This document shows positions 37,881 through 50,681 of a stretch of 64,000 nt of DNA, piece after piece (within the stretch, counting starts at the first letter, position 1; each line of letters begins with the position of its first letter). Both the position numbers and the translations under genes were made by a program. The notes below the pieces were generated by a model. That model worked only from the letters and a program-made list of their open reading frames with translations. It was not told the origin of the DNA and did no database searches. Source of the stretch: Phyllobates terribilis (Eukaryota); NCBI RefSeq assembly GCF_046119375.1, contig NW_027362765.1, positions 1,178,001-1,242,000 on the forward strand, given 5' to 3'.

Positions 37881-38906
37881 TTAAGGATATAAAAAAGGCT
37901 TCTCCCCTCTGTGACTTCTCTGATGTCTAACAAGAGCTGATTTCTGGTTAAAACATTTCCCACATTCTGAACAGGAAAAAGGCTTCTCTGCTGTGTGAGT
38001 TCTCTGGTGCTTAAGGAGATTTGATTTCACTGTAAAACATTTCCCACATTCTGAACATGAAAAAGGCTTATCCCCTGTGTGAGTTCTCTGATGTGTAACA
38101 AGATCTGATTTCTGGTTAAAACATTTCCCACATTCTGAACAGGAAAAAGGCTTCTCCCCTGTGTGAGTTCTCTGATGTGTAACAAGATCTGATTTCTGGT
38201 TAAAACATTTCCCACATTCTGAACAGGAAAAAGGCTTATCTCCTGTGTGAGTTCTCTGGTGCTTAACGAGATTTGATTTCTCTGTAAAATATTTCCCACA
38301 TTCTGAACATGAAAAAGGCTTCTCTCCTGTGTGAGTTCTCTGGTGCTTAACAAGATTTGATTTCCCTGTAAAACATGTCCCACATTCTGAACATGAAAAA
38401 GGTTTTTCCCCTGTGTGAGTTCTTTGATGTGTAACAAGATCTAATTCCTGGTTAAAACATTTCCCACATTCTGAACATGAAAAAGGCTTCTCCCCTGTGT
38501 GAGTTCTTTGGTGACTAAGAAAACTTGATTTCTTGTTAAAACATTTCATACACTTGAAACATGAAAATCTATTCTTTGCTGTGTGAATTTTTTGATGTTT
38601 AAGAAAAAACTTTTTGAGGGGAAAACTATTTCCATATTCTGACCGTGCAAATGGCATCTTAGCTTTAGAAGCAGTTAGTTTTTTTAATGCTTATTTTGTG
38701 ACTTTGATTTTCCTTAGTAGTTGGTAATGAATCAGAAGATAGGACCTGTTTCAAAGGATCAAATGACACATCTTTGCTGTAAAGGGATGATGGTATATTT
38801 GGAGTAATAGCATTCCCTTCAATTGTATCCTGTGAGATCTCCAGCTCATCTGATTTGAAAATTGAAGATATCGGCTGTCCCTCTGATCTCCTAGTACAGT
38901 CATCTG
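37881..38906 (-). CDS. ZNF exon 6: linker plus 8 C2H2 fingers (and 1 degenerate finger)
   Basis: Acceptor TTTTTACTTAG at 38907, then [11 protein letters not shown]... Fingers CxxC..HQRTH are joined by TGEKPF linkers. Stop TAA at 37881-37883. +1 shift in the T7 run at 38679-38685. Confidence 0.93.
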
Positions 38907-41900
38907 CTAAGTAAAAAAATATATATTTGAATAAAATATTTTTGAAATTTATATTTTTGAACATTTCTACTTAAACTGTTAGTACAAATGGCAAGTTATG
39001 TAAAAATATTGATTTATTCACCAAGACAATGACAGTTCACAGTCTAATAGAAAACCTCATAGCATGAACCAGTAGAGTTTGGTGTTCAACTGTTTGTTCA
39101 TTCTGCCTCCCAAATATGAAATATGCGAAAATTATACCAATAAAAATTTCTACTCATATCACAAAAAACAAGCCTCCACTCAGGTCCATAATCTGTCAAC
39201 GGAAAAACAGAGGTTTCCACATCATTAGTGGCTCAAAAATGCTTGAAAAGCAACATGGCTTCCATAAACCAATCCAGCAAAATCAGCTCTTCCAAAATCA
39301 AATATGCTCCCCACTTAACTCAAATGGAAAGCACCACACCCTACTAAAGTTCACGCATAATGCCGGAAGCTGCCTGATACAGCCTTGTTCTCCGCTGGTT
39401 AAGTCTTCTGTGTTCAGCTTCCGTGTTGTGTATTTTCTTCTTAGTTTCTTCTTGTGATCCCAGCACGTTTACTGACTACTATTGTGTCTTCTGAATTTGT
39501 ATTTTCTCTGCCCTTCTGGTTCTGATCCAGCAACCTGACTATTATTCTTGTCATGTCACACCACAGAACAGCAGGCAACACTAAGTCCAATCCTAAGGGT
39601 CTTTGTGTAAGTACAGATCCATGTAGAGGGGTTAAAGGGTGTAGGGCAAAACTTTGACTATAAACAATAACACATGTAATGAAAAGATCAAAAAAAAGAG
39701 AGAGAGAGAGTAACTAGTGGTGAAACCTCTCTGGGGTAATTAGAGTATGCTTCTTGGTAGCTCCTGGCAGAGTTGCACTTATTTATGGTAGACCATTGGA
39801 GCTACTTATGAGTCCTGACCAGAAGAGCAGAGAAAGTATTAGTGCTCCCCATTTAAGGATAAATTGTATCTAAATTCTTTAGGATTGATAATATTATTTA
39901 TGTCGCGGAGTGAATACATGAAACCAGGGCTCGAGTCATGCCAACATATCTCCTGCAGGCATGAATACATTTTTTACAGCCATCAGCCACTCACAGCTTA
40001 GAGATATATCATGGCACAGGTGTAATGTTTTTTGTATACTTTATCTATTTGAAGTAATTTGGTTTAAAAAGAAATTGAAAAGTAACGGTAAAGGGAAACT
40101 CTGTTATCATACAGAAATTCATACTTGGCCCTCACTGAATGTTTAATATTGCCGATCATAAAAGCGAGGTTTGGCCAGAAAGACTGGACCTGGTATTGTA
40201 GGGACCATATGAGCACATTCAGCACCACAGAAGGGAGAGAAGGTATATTCATCTAATAAGATATCAGGGTTCTAGGAAGCCAATAGCATCATTACCCTCC
40301 ACTTTCTCTTACATAATATTTTTCTTCAAGTGATTTTCTAACTTGTCAGCACTTTCTACATATGCTGTCATTTGGCTTGGTAGTTTACAGACCTGGGCAG
40401 GTGAGAGTTTGTAAGTTCTATAGAAAAGGAGTTTCAATGTCCAAAGTTATTTGAACAGTTTTTGGTGGAGGAGAATGTTTTGGTATAGATGCAAAATGGT
40501 GATCACATGATTGTGATACAGCTAGACTACATGACCGGTAAACCAGCCACAGCCTGTGACTGAGAAGAATCTGTGACTTCTCTGTATTTAGTGGTTATTA
40601 CTCACCTGGGTAGTCATATGTAGGAATCTCCTCTTTACACCGCTCATCACCCCTCACATATGTCTCTGTAGTATTAATATGGGTCAGATCTTCACCCTGA
40701 AAGAAATATTGTACAAGTCACAGACAGATGGAGAAGTCACATCTATGATCAGTAGTGATGAGCGAGTACTGTAATATTCGTAAATCGCTATACTCGTAAC
40801 GAGTACTTTGTAAAAATTGCGTATTCGTTCCGAATAGCGAGTACAATGTAAGTCAATGGGAAATGCGAGTAATTTTCTGCTAGACCCTATACAAAGGGGC
40901 CTGGGGGCCTGAGGAAAAGGCTGAAATGGATGGGAAAGTGATGAAACAGAATGAGAAGAGCCTGGAGAATGAGCCTGCATGCATTTCTGACTCACATATG
41001 GTTTCTGGGAATAAGTTTGTCGCAGTATTACGCCACTTTTACAGACACACAAGAACAACTACCAAACCTAACCTAAATTGCATTTAACAGGTCAAAAAGG
41101 TTAAGAAACAGTTTTTCCTGCACAATCACTTGTATATAAGGCTAAATAAACCAGAGAAGCCAAAAAAATATCCCTTTTAGCCTTTGTTCACACATACTAA
41201 TGTGGCTTTTTTTTTCTTTTTACAATTGGGAGGGCACTGACTTATACATTTTGTAGGTCCCTCTGTCATGAATCATTTTTCAGTTTGCTATTCCCCAGCA
41301 CTTTACAAGCACAGGTAGAAAGCATCAGTAGGTATGTAGATCTTTGACCTGAGAGGCCTCAGGTGGCTCTGTAACATGCGATTTGGAGGGACAGCTGTTA
41401 CTTAAGACATTTGGACGGTCCCTCCATCATTGACACTCAGATAGTGGAATACACATTCAATAGCAGTTTACAATGTGCCCATTGTAGCGTTGGGCTTGAC
41501 CCTCCTCCTCCACCTCCACCACCATGTGATACTGCGGCCCTAAATTCAAATGTTCAGAGGCCCTGCAGTAGGCAGGAAAGCTGAGTTTTGTAAGAGCCCT
41601 CATGTGGCCCTGTAACATACATTTTGAAGTGCCCTACTCTAGAGATTTTGGAGGTTGCTCGTGTACATCTGAGAGTGCCCTCACTTGCTCATATTGTAGG
41701 GCCCTCACTGTATTATTTAACTCATTTAGGGGCAGGGACTACAGAGAAAAAAAGCCAAGAGACGTGGAGTACTAGAAGGTAGCAGTGAGTACAGCCTGCG
41801 ATCTTCAGGTATGGCTGAACTTAGTGAACCGGAAAAATAAAGCTGCACTAGTTAACTGGATGACGAGCTCAAATATATCACTTGTGCAAGTCAATGGACA

Positions 41901-44900
41901 AAGGATATATGGTGCTCCTCTCCAGGATGGGTTGGTGAAGCTTCTCCAAATGGCTCAGAAATTTTGATTGTCAATATTCCCCAGATTATATAGGAAGAGA
42001 AGACTTCTTGATATTGTACTACTTGGTCCAGTGCAGAATGTGCATCGTACTTCCAAAAATTACTCCTGGGGGCTGTGTCATAACTGCAGGGAGATTCCTT
42101 GACAAGGGCCTCCCTTGTCAAACATTATCTACGATGGAGTACTGTAGTAGTTGTGGCCCTCAATTCAAATTTTCAGAGGGCCATCAGTCGGTCATCAACA
42201 GTCAGTGTAAATTTCTATTGAATATGTATCCCCTATCTCAATCACAATGTGAGAAGGGCCTCCAACCTCCAATGACAAATATTAGTTTGGTAGGACCAAT
42301 ATACATTCCAGATTTGCCCACTGCACAATGTGCATAGGGTTTGTAAAAATTAGCCCTATGGGCTGAGTCATGGTTGATGCAGGAAGCCACCATTCCAAGG
42401 GTCTCCAATCACAAATCGTAGTTAGGCTGGAGAAGGAATACTGTCCTGGTTTGTCCACTGCACGATGTGCAAAGTTTGTAAAAATTAGCCCTATGGGCTG
42501 AGTCATGGTTGACGAAGCAAGGAATCTGTTTATGAGAAGGGGGTGACGTTAACAGCAGTAGCATGAATCTGCATTTTTGGGGAATTTAGGTTGGCTTGCT
42601 GTCATCTGGAGGGAATACAAATTGTGGAGATATCCAGTCCTTGTTGAATTTAATCAAAGTAAGTCTGTCTGCATTTTCCGTGGAGAGGCGTCTGAGCCTA
42701 TCAGTGATGATTTCCCCAGCGGAACTGAAAACATGCTCAGACACCACACTAGCAGCAGGGCAGGCCAGCACCTCCAAGGCATATAAAGAGAGGTTGGGCC
42801 AAGTGTTCAGCTTAGACACTCAATAATTAAAGGGAACAGAAGCGTCAGAAAGGACACACGTATGGTCACTTAAAGTAACCCTTGACCATGTTCTGCAACT
42901 TATCCCTCCTTAGCATTTTTATAGGCACAGATAGCCCTTGCTGTTTTGTTGAAAATTGACCAATTTGGGCACATTTTCCCTCCACCTTCGTTGGAGCTGG
43001 TGTTCATGTCTCTCCCCATTATCCCTTGGTGTTGAAAAGAGCTGGTACCTCTGCCACCAGCAATATCTGAGGGTGATGTTTTCAGCAACTGATCTACAAC
43101 GGCCCTCTTAAACGATTCCATTGTACAACCCCTGGCAAAAATTATGGAATCACCGGGCTTGGAGGATGTTCATTCAGTTGTTTAATGTTGTTGAAAAAAA
43201 GAAGATCACAGACATGGCACAAAACTAAAGTCATTTCAAATGGCAACTTTAGGGCTTTAAGAAACACTAAAAGAAATCAAGATTAAAAATGTGGTACTCA
43301 GTAAGGGTAATTTTTTTCAGACCAAGCAGAGGGAAAAAATGATGGAATCACCCTGTAAATTTTCATTTCCAAAACTAACACCTGCGTCAAATTAGATATG
43401 CTCGGGTGTCTGCATCTAAAAAGGAGTGATCACACCCTGGAGAGCTGTTGCACCAAGTGGACTGACATGAATCATGGCTCCAACACAAGAGATGTCAATT
43501 GAAACAAATGGGTGGATTGGACAACCTTTCAGGGTAGGATCTGATGTCCGTCAGGGCTGTCCTCTTAGCCCTTTGCTTTACGCCTTTGCAATTGAACCCT
43601 TCCTTAGAAGGATCGATTGTGGATCGTTGGAAGGGGTTCGGATGGGCAAGGCGGTGCCGGAGGCTATCTTGAGGGTAGTGGCCTACGTGGACGATGTCAC
43701 CGTATTTGTTTCGTCGCAAGAGGAGGCAATGGTGGTGATGTCAGAAGTGGAGCGCTAATCGGAGGCATCCGGGTCCAAGGTCAACCAGAATAAGTGTGAA
43801 AATCTCTGGCTGGGAAGCGGAGATCCCGGGTTTGATCTTCTGGACACCCTCCCCGAACCCAAAGAACACGCCAAAGTCCTGTGCACTGAATTCGTCCAGG
43901 GTGATTACCCCATGAAAAACTGGGAAGGCAGAATCAAAGGTGTCGCCCAAAGAGTGGACCAATGGAAGGGTTGGTCTTTGAGCCTGGGGGAAAGGGTTGG
44001 CTTGTGCAAAGCTTTCCTGCTCCCCTTGCTAATCTACCTGGGCAGAATCTGTGTCTTGCCAAAGCCTCTCTGGACACGGGTCTACAGTCTGTTCTTCCAG
44101 ATGCTATGGGGGAATAGACTGAACCTAGTCCAGCGGGAGGTCACTTACCGCACGAGGAGACTAGGGTGATTGGATATGGTGAACCCGGTTGTGTTCCTAG
44201 TGAACACCTTCTTGAAAGTTAACGTGGCAAACCTCTGGAAGGAGAGGGCTCCTCCATGGGTATTATCCTGCAAGGGATGGTTTCAGCCATCAATCTTCAG
44301 GGGGAAGATTGAAAGATCCTCGCACAGTGCATGGGCATCTCCCGGCTTATGTTACCCCGGTTCTAAAAATGATCCACCGGTGGGGTCTGGGAATATGGGA
44401 GGTGAGGTCCCTCCCGAGGAAACTCCTCTATAGGAAGGTCTTGCTTTCTCATTTTCAGAGTCCATTGGTCCTCAAGAACTGCCCAAGTCGGGATCTGGAG
44501 TTTGGGTTCAGTTTGTTAAATTCTAGCAGGATCCCCAAGAAGTACTGTGACTTGACTTGGCGCTGCTTCCAAGGTAAGCTGTGTGTAAGGGGCAATTTGA
44601 AGTACAGGAGCTCCGAGGACAGGAATTGCTCCCCCGTGAGGCTTGTGCTAACATGCTGGAAAGCATGGAGCACTTCCTGCTTCATTGTCCCTTTAATACA
44701 GAGGTGTACAACAGGGTGGGAGCTTCCATTGGTTGGCCACGGCAGGCTACTCTGTCCTATGCCGGGTGGGCCTATGGAGCGTTCGGAGACCTTGGGAGAA
44801 GGGACCGAACCACTTTATTCATACTAAGTGTGGTCAGGTATTTCATGTGGAACGCACATGTTTTAGTTTCGACGCAGAGTAAAATCCTAAGTGCAGATGA

Positions 44901-47900
44901 AGTTTGTAGGAACATCCTAGGTGACCTGGTGAAGGTACGTTCTCTGGAGTATGAAAGACTGGCTGCCCGGAGGGCGGCCCCTCTCTGGAGGGGCTTTTCC
45001 TTCAGGGTGCCTTAGTCCGGTAGTACTCCTATATCCAGGTGGTGGGCTGATGTCTTTTGTTTTGTATTTAAGTCTCCTGAATAGGTTTCCAAGCATCGAA
45101 CATGAGCCTTGGAAAGTGAGCATGTAGATTGCCTTTGCCCTGGCCTCTGCTCAACTTGGTATGGCAGATGCTACAGCCTATAATGTTTTTCTCTGAAGGA
45201 CTTTCAGAAAAAAAAATTCCACACAGCAGCTGAACGCCCCTTTGCCCTGACTTGGCGCACAGAGGGGGTGCTCTTGGGAACAGATGACCCAGTTCTCACT
45301 CTGGGCAAACCACGACCCGTTGGTGCCTATGTTGGTGCTACATATCCATCTTCCTCTGTGTTTCTGCCATGGCTATGCATGCCAACGGTCCAGCTCGAAT
45401 CAGTGGACTCATCATCGACTACCTCGTCTTCCATCTTATCCTCCTTCCCAGTTGACATTGTAGGCTGACCTGATAGCAACTGTGTCTCATCGTCAGCCTC
45501 CACCTCTGGAGACAAAAAATGATGTTCCGCCAAGTGTCTTTCTTCTGGCCATAGGTCCTCAAATACATAAGCATCAAGGCACGCCACCTCCTCTTGTCCC
45601 TCTTCAATGCTGCACAGAGCCAACCAAAGGATACGTACCAAACAGATCCTCGGAGTGGCCAAGCTTGGGGTCATATGTCTCATGTTGACTGATAATGGTT
45701 GGAGGAAGGAGAACCAGCTTCAGGATTGGATGGGCCAGCCTTCTGTATCCACAGTAGACTGTGTGGTCGTGGAAGATTTGTTGCTGCTTGACAAATGCGT
45801 AGAGACCTTGTCTGCTATCCAAGACAGAATCTGCTCCCACTCTTGTGGCTTCCACACACGTTTACGTTCCAGACCGGAAAATTTTTCCAGGAACATAGTG
45901 GATGAATCAAGCTTCTTCTGACCTGACACAGACTGAGTGCCTTCTCACGCACAACTGACACGTACCTTAACAAGTCTTTTTGGCATTTTGGGTTTTGTTG
46001 ACAGAATTTCAGATGTTGATGGCACAAGCCAAGCTAGCTGTCACAGCCAAAATAGTGGTTAAAATGGCCTGGTGCGTGCTTTGTAGCAAGCAGTAGGAAA
46101 TGTTTGGACTACTGCTTTGTGTATGGCACTCAATGATTGTTTAAGTGGACTAATATGGACAGAAGGCAGGCTGACACCCCAAAAATAGTGGTTAAAATGG
46201 CCTGGTGCGTGCTTTGTAGCAGGCAGTAACAAATATTTGGACTACTGCTTTGTGTAGGGCACAAAACACTATTTTTAAGTGGACTAATATGGACAGAAGG
46301 TAGGCTCTGACCCCTAAAACAGAAGGGAAAATAGACCGATGCTAAAAAAAAAGGCAGCACAAAATGCTACTTCTGTGTGTGATGGCAAAATATTGCTTTG
46401 CCTCTGACAAGAGCTGTTTTAATATGGACACTGGAAGAACACTACCTAATACACTTCCTACCTAATACACAATCTCTCCCTCCTTGTACTCTGACTTTGT
46501 TGTGTGTCTTCAGCTCTGAAAAGAGCTATTTTTTGATGGTATTATGGAGCTAGTGAGCGGCTCCTTTAAACACAGAACTAGTATACACTGCAGGTAGTCC
46601 TTAAAAGGGCTTTTGTTTTATCAAGAGGCCTAAACACTCTCCCTAGCAGCTCAGCGATCTCTCCCTATGCTTATAGAATGCAGGCTCCAGACGCAATGTG
46701 CACAAAATGGCGACGACAGGGCTAAAATAGACCCTATGAGGCTGGGTGGCCAGCCAATCACAGTAATGCCACAACCAAGATGTCTGAAAAATTACTGTGA
46801 TTGGTTTTAAAGCCCAGCATGTTTAGTGGCTGCAAAGGAGGCGCCAAAACTGCAGGGCGGGACATTCGAATATAGCGAGGCGAGTACACAAATACTCGCA
46901 ATATAACAAGTACCTGAATACCGTACTATCCGTGCGAATATTAATGAATACACTCACTCATCACTAATGATCAGCTCTAATCCAGCCATCTCCCCCATTC
47001 TCATTATACAAGTATAAACCATATAATTCTGGTGGATAAAACAAGACCGAACACAAGCCCTTCACAGCCATATACACATCACAGGAGAGATCTCATGACA
47101 CCTTATCTCCATGTACCTGATGATCCTGAGGAATATTGTGATCTTCTTGTTTACAGTCCTGAGGAAGAAGAGGACGTGGACATCTCTCTGGTGTTGTCCT
47201 CTTACTGGATAGATCTAGAGGAAGCACATACAGGGACTGAATTCATTCTTTACATATAGACAATTATAGGCCATGTGTATTCAGTCCTGTCTATTACCTG
47301 GTGATGTGAGGGGCTGGGGAACCTCCATCATGACATCCTTGTACAGATCTTTGTGTTCTTCTAAATACTTCCACTCCTCCATGGAGAAATAGACAGCGAC
47401 ATCCTGACACCTTATAGGAACCTGACACACACAATGATAGAGTTATACCCCCAATCCATTCATAGCTTTACTATAAAATGTTCCAGCATTCTCATTCCTA
47501 GCAGTGTCACCTCTCCAGTCAGCAGCTCAATCATCTTGTAGGTGAGATCTAGGATCTTCTGGTCATTGATGTCCTCATCTATCAGGTGGTGAGGTGGAAG
47601 CTCCGTGATTGGGCTCAGGGTTCTTCCCCACCATCCCTCAGACAAAGGGTCCTGACAGCGCTCACTAGAGGTCTTCTTCACTACTGTGTAATCCTGATTA
47701 CGGAGAGACACATTCATAAATCTCACTCCAGACATTTCCAGAGTCCTCACCTCTCCAGTTCTGTTCATCTGTTATTCCCATAGATAAGAATGATGTAATG
47801 TGACGTCATCAGAATCTCTCACCTCTCCAGTAAGCCGGAAGAGGATCTCTAGGGTGAGGAGTAATATTTTCTCAGCCATCTTGTCTGTGTCCATATTCAT

Positions 47901-47972
47901 CTTTAATGCGTAATTCAGGAAAATTCTCCTCTATAGAAGATATTCACTGAGAGGATTCGATATTGTAGAGAC
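37881..47972 (-). CDS. KRAB-like C2H2 zinc-finger gene (anuran XlCOF/XlCGF, FAX-type), 6 coding exons; frameshifted as assembled
   Basis: GT-AG exons in compatible phase: 47823-47972 (ATG at 47900), 47511-47693, 47298-47421, 47117-47214, 40606-40696 and 37881-38906. The CDS totals 1600 nt; removing one T from 38679-38685 gives 1599 nt, or 532 aa, with 8 intact fingers. Confidence 0.9.
40606..40696 (-). CDS. ZNF exon 5
   Basis: cag|[37 protein letters not shown]|gtgagt; 91 nt. Confidence 0.9.
43126..43507 (+). mobile_element. 5' end of a Tc1 element (TIR plus first codons)
   Basis: TA|CAACCCCTGGCAAAAATTATGGAATCACC, then ATG at 43474 ([11 protein letters not shown]). Confidence 0.8.
43508..45100 (+). 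mobile_element. 3' half of a Tx1-clade non-LTR ORF2 (RT C-half and zinc-knuckle region)
   Basis: [52 protein letters not shown] and [12 protein letters not shown]; stop at 45015; several stops and frameshifts. Confidence 0.88.
47117..47214 (-). CDS. ZNF exon 4
   Basis: ctctag|AT.. [33 protein letters not shown]|gtacat; 98 nt. Confidence 0.9.
47298..47421 (-). CDS. ZNF exon 3 (KRAB-A-like box)
   Basis: [41 protein letters not shown] matches the KRAB-A pattern DVAVYFS.EEW..L......LY.DVM.E; cag|GTT and CAG|gtaata junctions. Confidence 0.92.
47511..47693 (-). CDS. ZNF exon 2
   Basis: cag|[37 protein letters not shown]|gtgaca; 183 nt. Confidence 0.9.
47823..47900 (-). CDS. ZNF first coding exon (coding part)
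   Basis: [26 protein letters not shown]|gtgaga. An upstream acceptor (tcattcag|) at 47972 implies a further non-coding exon that was not located. Confidence 0.85.
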
Positions 47973-48429
47973 CTGAATGAGAAGTTGAGCAGATGTAACA
48001 TCATAAAAACCCTGTGTAATAATACAATTACTGGACATATTAAGGGAAACATTTGAGGAGATTTATGTTTTACAGTATCTAGTTTTTTTCTTTACATCTA
48101 CTAATAAAGCCTATATATTTTAGGCCACAGACAACAAGCAGTTTCTTTCTCATAGACTCATCTTCCTTATTGCTAATTCTCATCTCATTTACCAACACTG
48201 GAATCGGCATTAGCAATACTGCAGGAGATATTGATTAAGCGTCACATGAGAAATAACTACTTTATGATGAAGACGAAATCTTCATCTTCCACTACGGTTC
48301 TATAAACGTATTTGGCCAGAGTCAGTCACTGACTACATCACCACCGGCCGCCTATGTGTTTCCCGTCTTCACCGGATTGTCATCTTCTATCAAGTTAGAT
48401 CTCAGGTCTGATTCACACTTAGAAGTTTG

Positions 48430-48760
48430 AGGCATTTATAAAAGCTTGTTTGTAAGACCACAAAGACAGGAGTTATTTGATACCAACATTTCCATGTACA
48501 GTGTTTTATGGGGTTTCAAAACAAAGTGTGAATCTCAAATTGAAATCATTGTTGTTGAGATTTTGTGTAAATTTCATAGCCTCCTCCTGTGTGCCTCCCC
48601 ACATCAGGAGGAGGTTGTCGATAAATCGACCGTACCATACGGTTATTTTGGGCTATAAATTTTGCTCTCATGGTAAATGTGTTGCTCCTCCCTTTTGGAC
48701 ATTAATCCAATGACGGTGAAAATTTGCTGCCCATACTTACTTCCCTCTTTTGTAAAAAAT
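48430..48760 (-). mobile_element. Penelope-like RT remnant, downstream half
   Basis: FLQKREVSMGSKFSPSL, VWYGRFIDNLLLMWGG (48614-48637) and FTQNLNNNDFNLRFT. Confidence 0.8.
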
Positions 48761-49038
48761 AAGTTAGTAACATAGTTTTTAAGGTTGAAGGAAGACTAAG
48801 TCCATCTAGTTCAACCCATAGCCTAACATGTTGATCCAGAGGAAGGCAAAAAAAAAACCATGTGGCAAACACTAAGCTCCACATTGGGGAAAAAAATTCC
48901 TTCCCGACTCCATACGACAATCAGACTAGTTCCCTGGATCAACGCCCTATCAAGGAATCTAGTATATATAACCTGTAATATTATACTTTTCAAGAAAGGC
49001 ATCCATGCCCTTCTTAAATTTTAATAGTGAATCACTCA

Positions 49039-50571
49039 TTACATCACTGCTCTTACAGTAAAGAATCCCCGTCTGTGATTATGATTAAACCTTCTTTCCT
49101 CCAGACGTAGAAGATGCCCCCTTGTCCCCGTCTCTGGCCTCAGAGTAAAAAGATCAGTAGAAAGGTCTTTGTACTGTCCCTTCATATACTTGTACATAGT
49201 AATAAGATCACCCCTAAGCCTTCTTTTTTCCACACTAAATAACCCCAAGTGTAATAACCTGTCTTGGTATTGCAGTCCTCTAATAACCTTGGTCGCTCTT
49301 CTCTGCTCCCGCTCTAGTTCAGCTATGTCTTTCTTATACACCGGAGACCAAAACTGTACACAGTATTCTAAGTGTGGTCGCACTAATGACTTGTATAGAG
49401 GTAAAATTATGTTCTCCTCATGAGTATCTATGCCTCTTTTAATGCATCCCATTATTTTATTTGCCTTTGCAGCAGCTGCCTGACACTGGCCACTAAACGT
49501 AAGCTTGTCGTCCACCAATACACCCAGGTCTTTTTCAGCTACAGTTTTGCCCAGTGTGTTACAATTAAGCATATAATTATACATTTTATTTCCACTGCCC
49601 AAGTGCATTACCTTACATTTATCCCCATTAAAGCTCATTTGCCATTTATCAGCCCAAGCTTCTAGTTTACATAGATCCTCCTGTAATATAAAATTGTCCT
49701 CCTCTGTATTGATTACCCTGCAGAGTTTAGTGTCATCTTCAAATATTGAAATATTACTCTGTATGCCCCCTACAAGGTCGTTAATAAATATGTTAAAAAG
49801 AAGGGGGCCCAATACTGACCCCTGTGGTACCCCACTGTTAACTGAGACCCAGTCTGAGTGTTTTCCATTAATAACCAGCCTTTGTTTCCTATCACTGAGC
49901 CAATTCTTAACCCACATACATATATTTTCCCCTATCCCCATTGTTCTCATTTTATGTATCAACCTTTTGTGTGGAACCGTATCAAAAGCTTTTAAAAAGT
50001 CCATATACACAACATCCACTGCATTTAATTGGTTCAGTCCAGAACTTGCCTCCTCATAAAAACTGATCAGATTAGTTTGACAGGAACGGTCCCTCATAAA
50101 CCCATGTTGATATTGGGTCATGAGGTTATTCTTCTTCAGATACTCTAGTATAGCATCTCTTAGGAAACCCTCCAGGATTTTACCCACAGTAGAGGTTAAG
50201 CTTACTGGCCTATAATTTCCAAGTTCAGTTTTTGTCCCCTTTTTGAATATTGGCACCACATTTGCTATACGACAGTCCGGTGGTACAAACCCTGTTATTA
50301 TGGAATCTTTAAAGATTAAAAATAATGGTCTATCTATGACGTTACTTAATTCCTGCAGTACTCGCGGGTGTATCCCATCCGGGCCCAGGGATTTGTCAAC
50401 TTTACTGATTTTTAGACGCCGCCGTACTTTCTGATGGGTTAAGCAAGTGACATTTAATGGAGAATTTTTGTTATCACTAATCATGTTTTCTGTCATGCGA
50501 TTTTCTTGTGTAAATACGGTTGAAAAAAAATCATTTAGCATATTGGCTTTTTCCTCATCCTCATCCACCAT
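49039..50571 (-). pseudogene. CR1 ORF2 reverse transcriptase domain
   Basis: GPDGIHPRVL, NYRPVSLTS, QHGFMRDRSCQTNL, DFLKAFDTVPH, GVPQGSVLGPLLF, IFEDDTKL (YADD-equivalent altered) and VRPHLEYCVQFWSP. Confidence 0.95.
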
Positions 50572-50681
50572 TTCACCCAGACTATTTTTAAGGGGGCCAA
50601 CACTATCATTTTTTACTATTTATGTAATTAAAGAATATTTTGGGGTTATTTTTACTTTCTCTGGCAATGATTCTCTCTGCC

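Larger units (their letters stand above)
40753..46966 (-). mobile_element. hAT element (hAT-3) in ZNF intron 4, internally deleted, with nested Tc1 and Tx1 pieces
   Basis: TIRs TAGTGATGAG(C/T)GAGT and a perfect 8-bp TSD ATGATCAG (40745-40752, 46967-46974). Minus-strand transposase remnants: [13 protein letters not shown] (45720-45929), [14 protein letters not shown] (about 45130-45170), dimerisation domain [26 protein letters not shown] (42586-42819). Confidence 0.95.

Noticed and set aside
48200-48430. ZNF promoter or first non-coding exon
   Set aside because: The position is plausible, but no convincing donor site or core promoter could be identified by eye.
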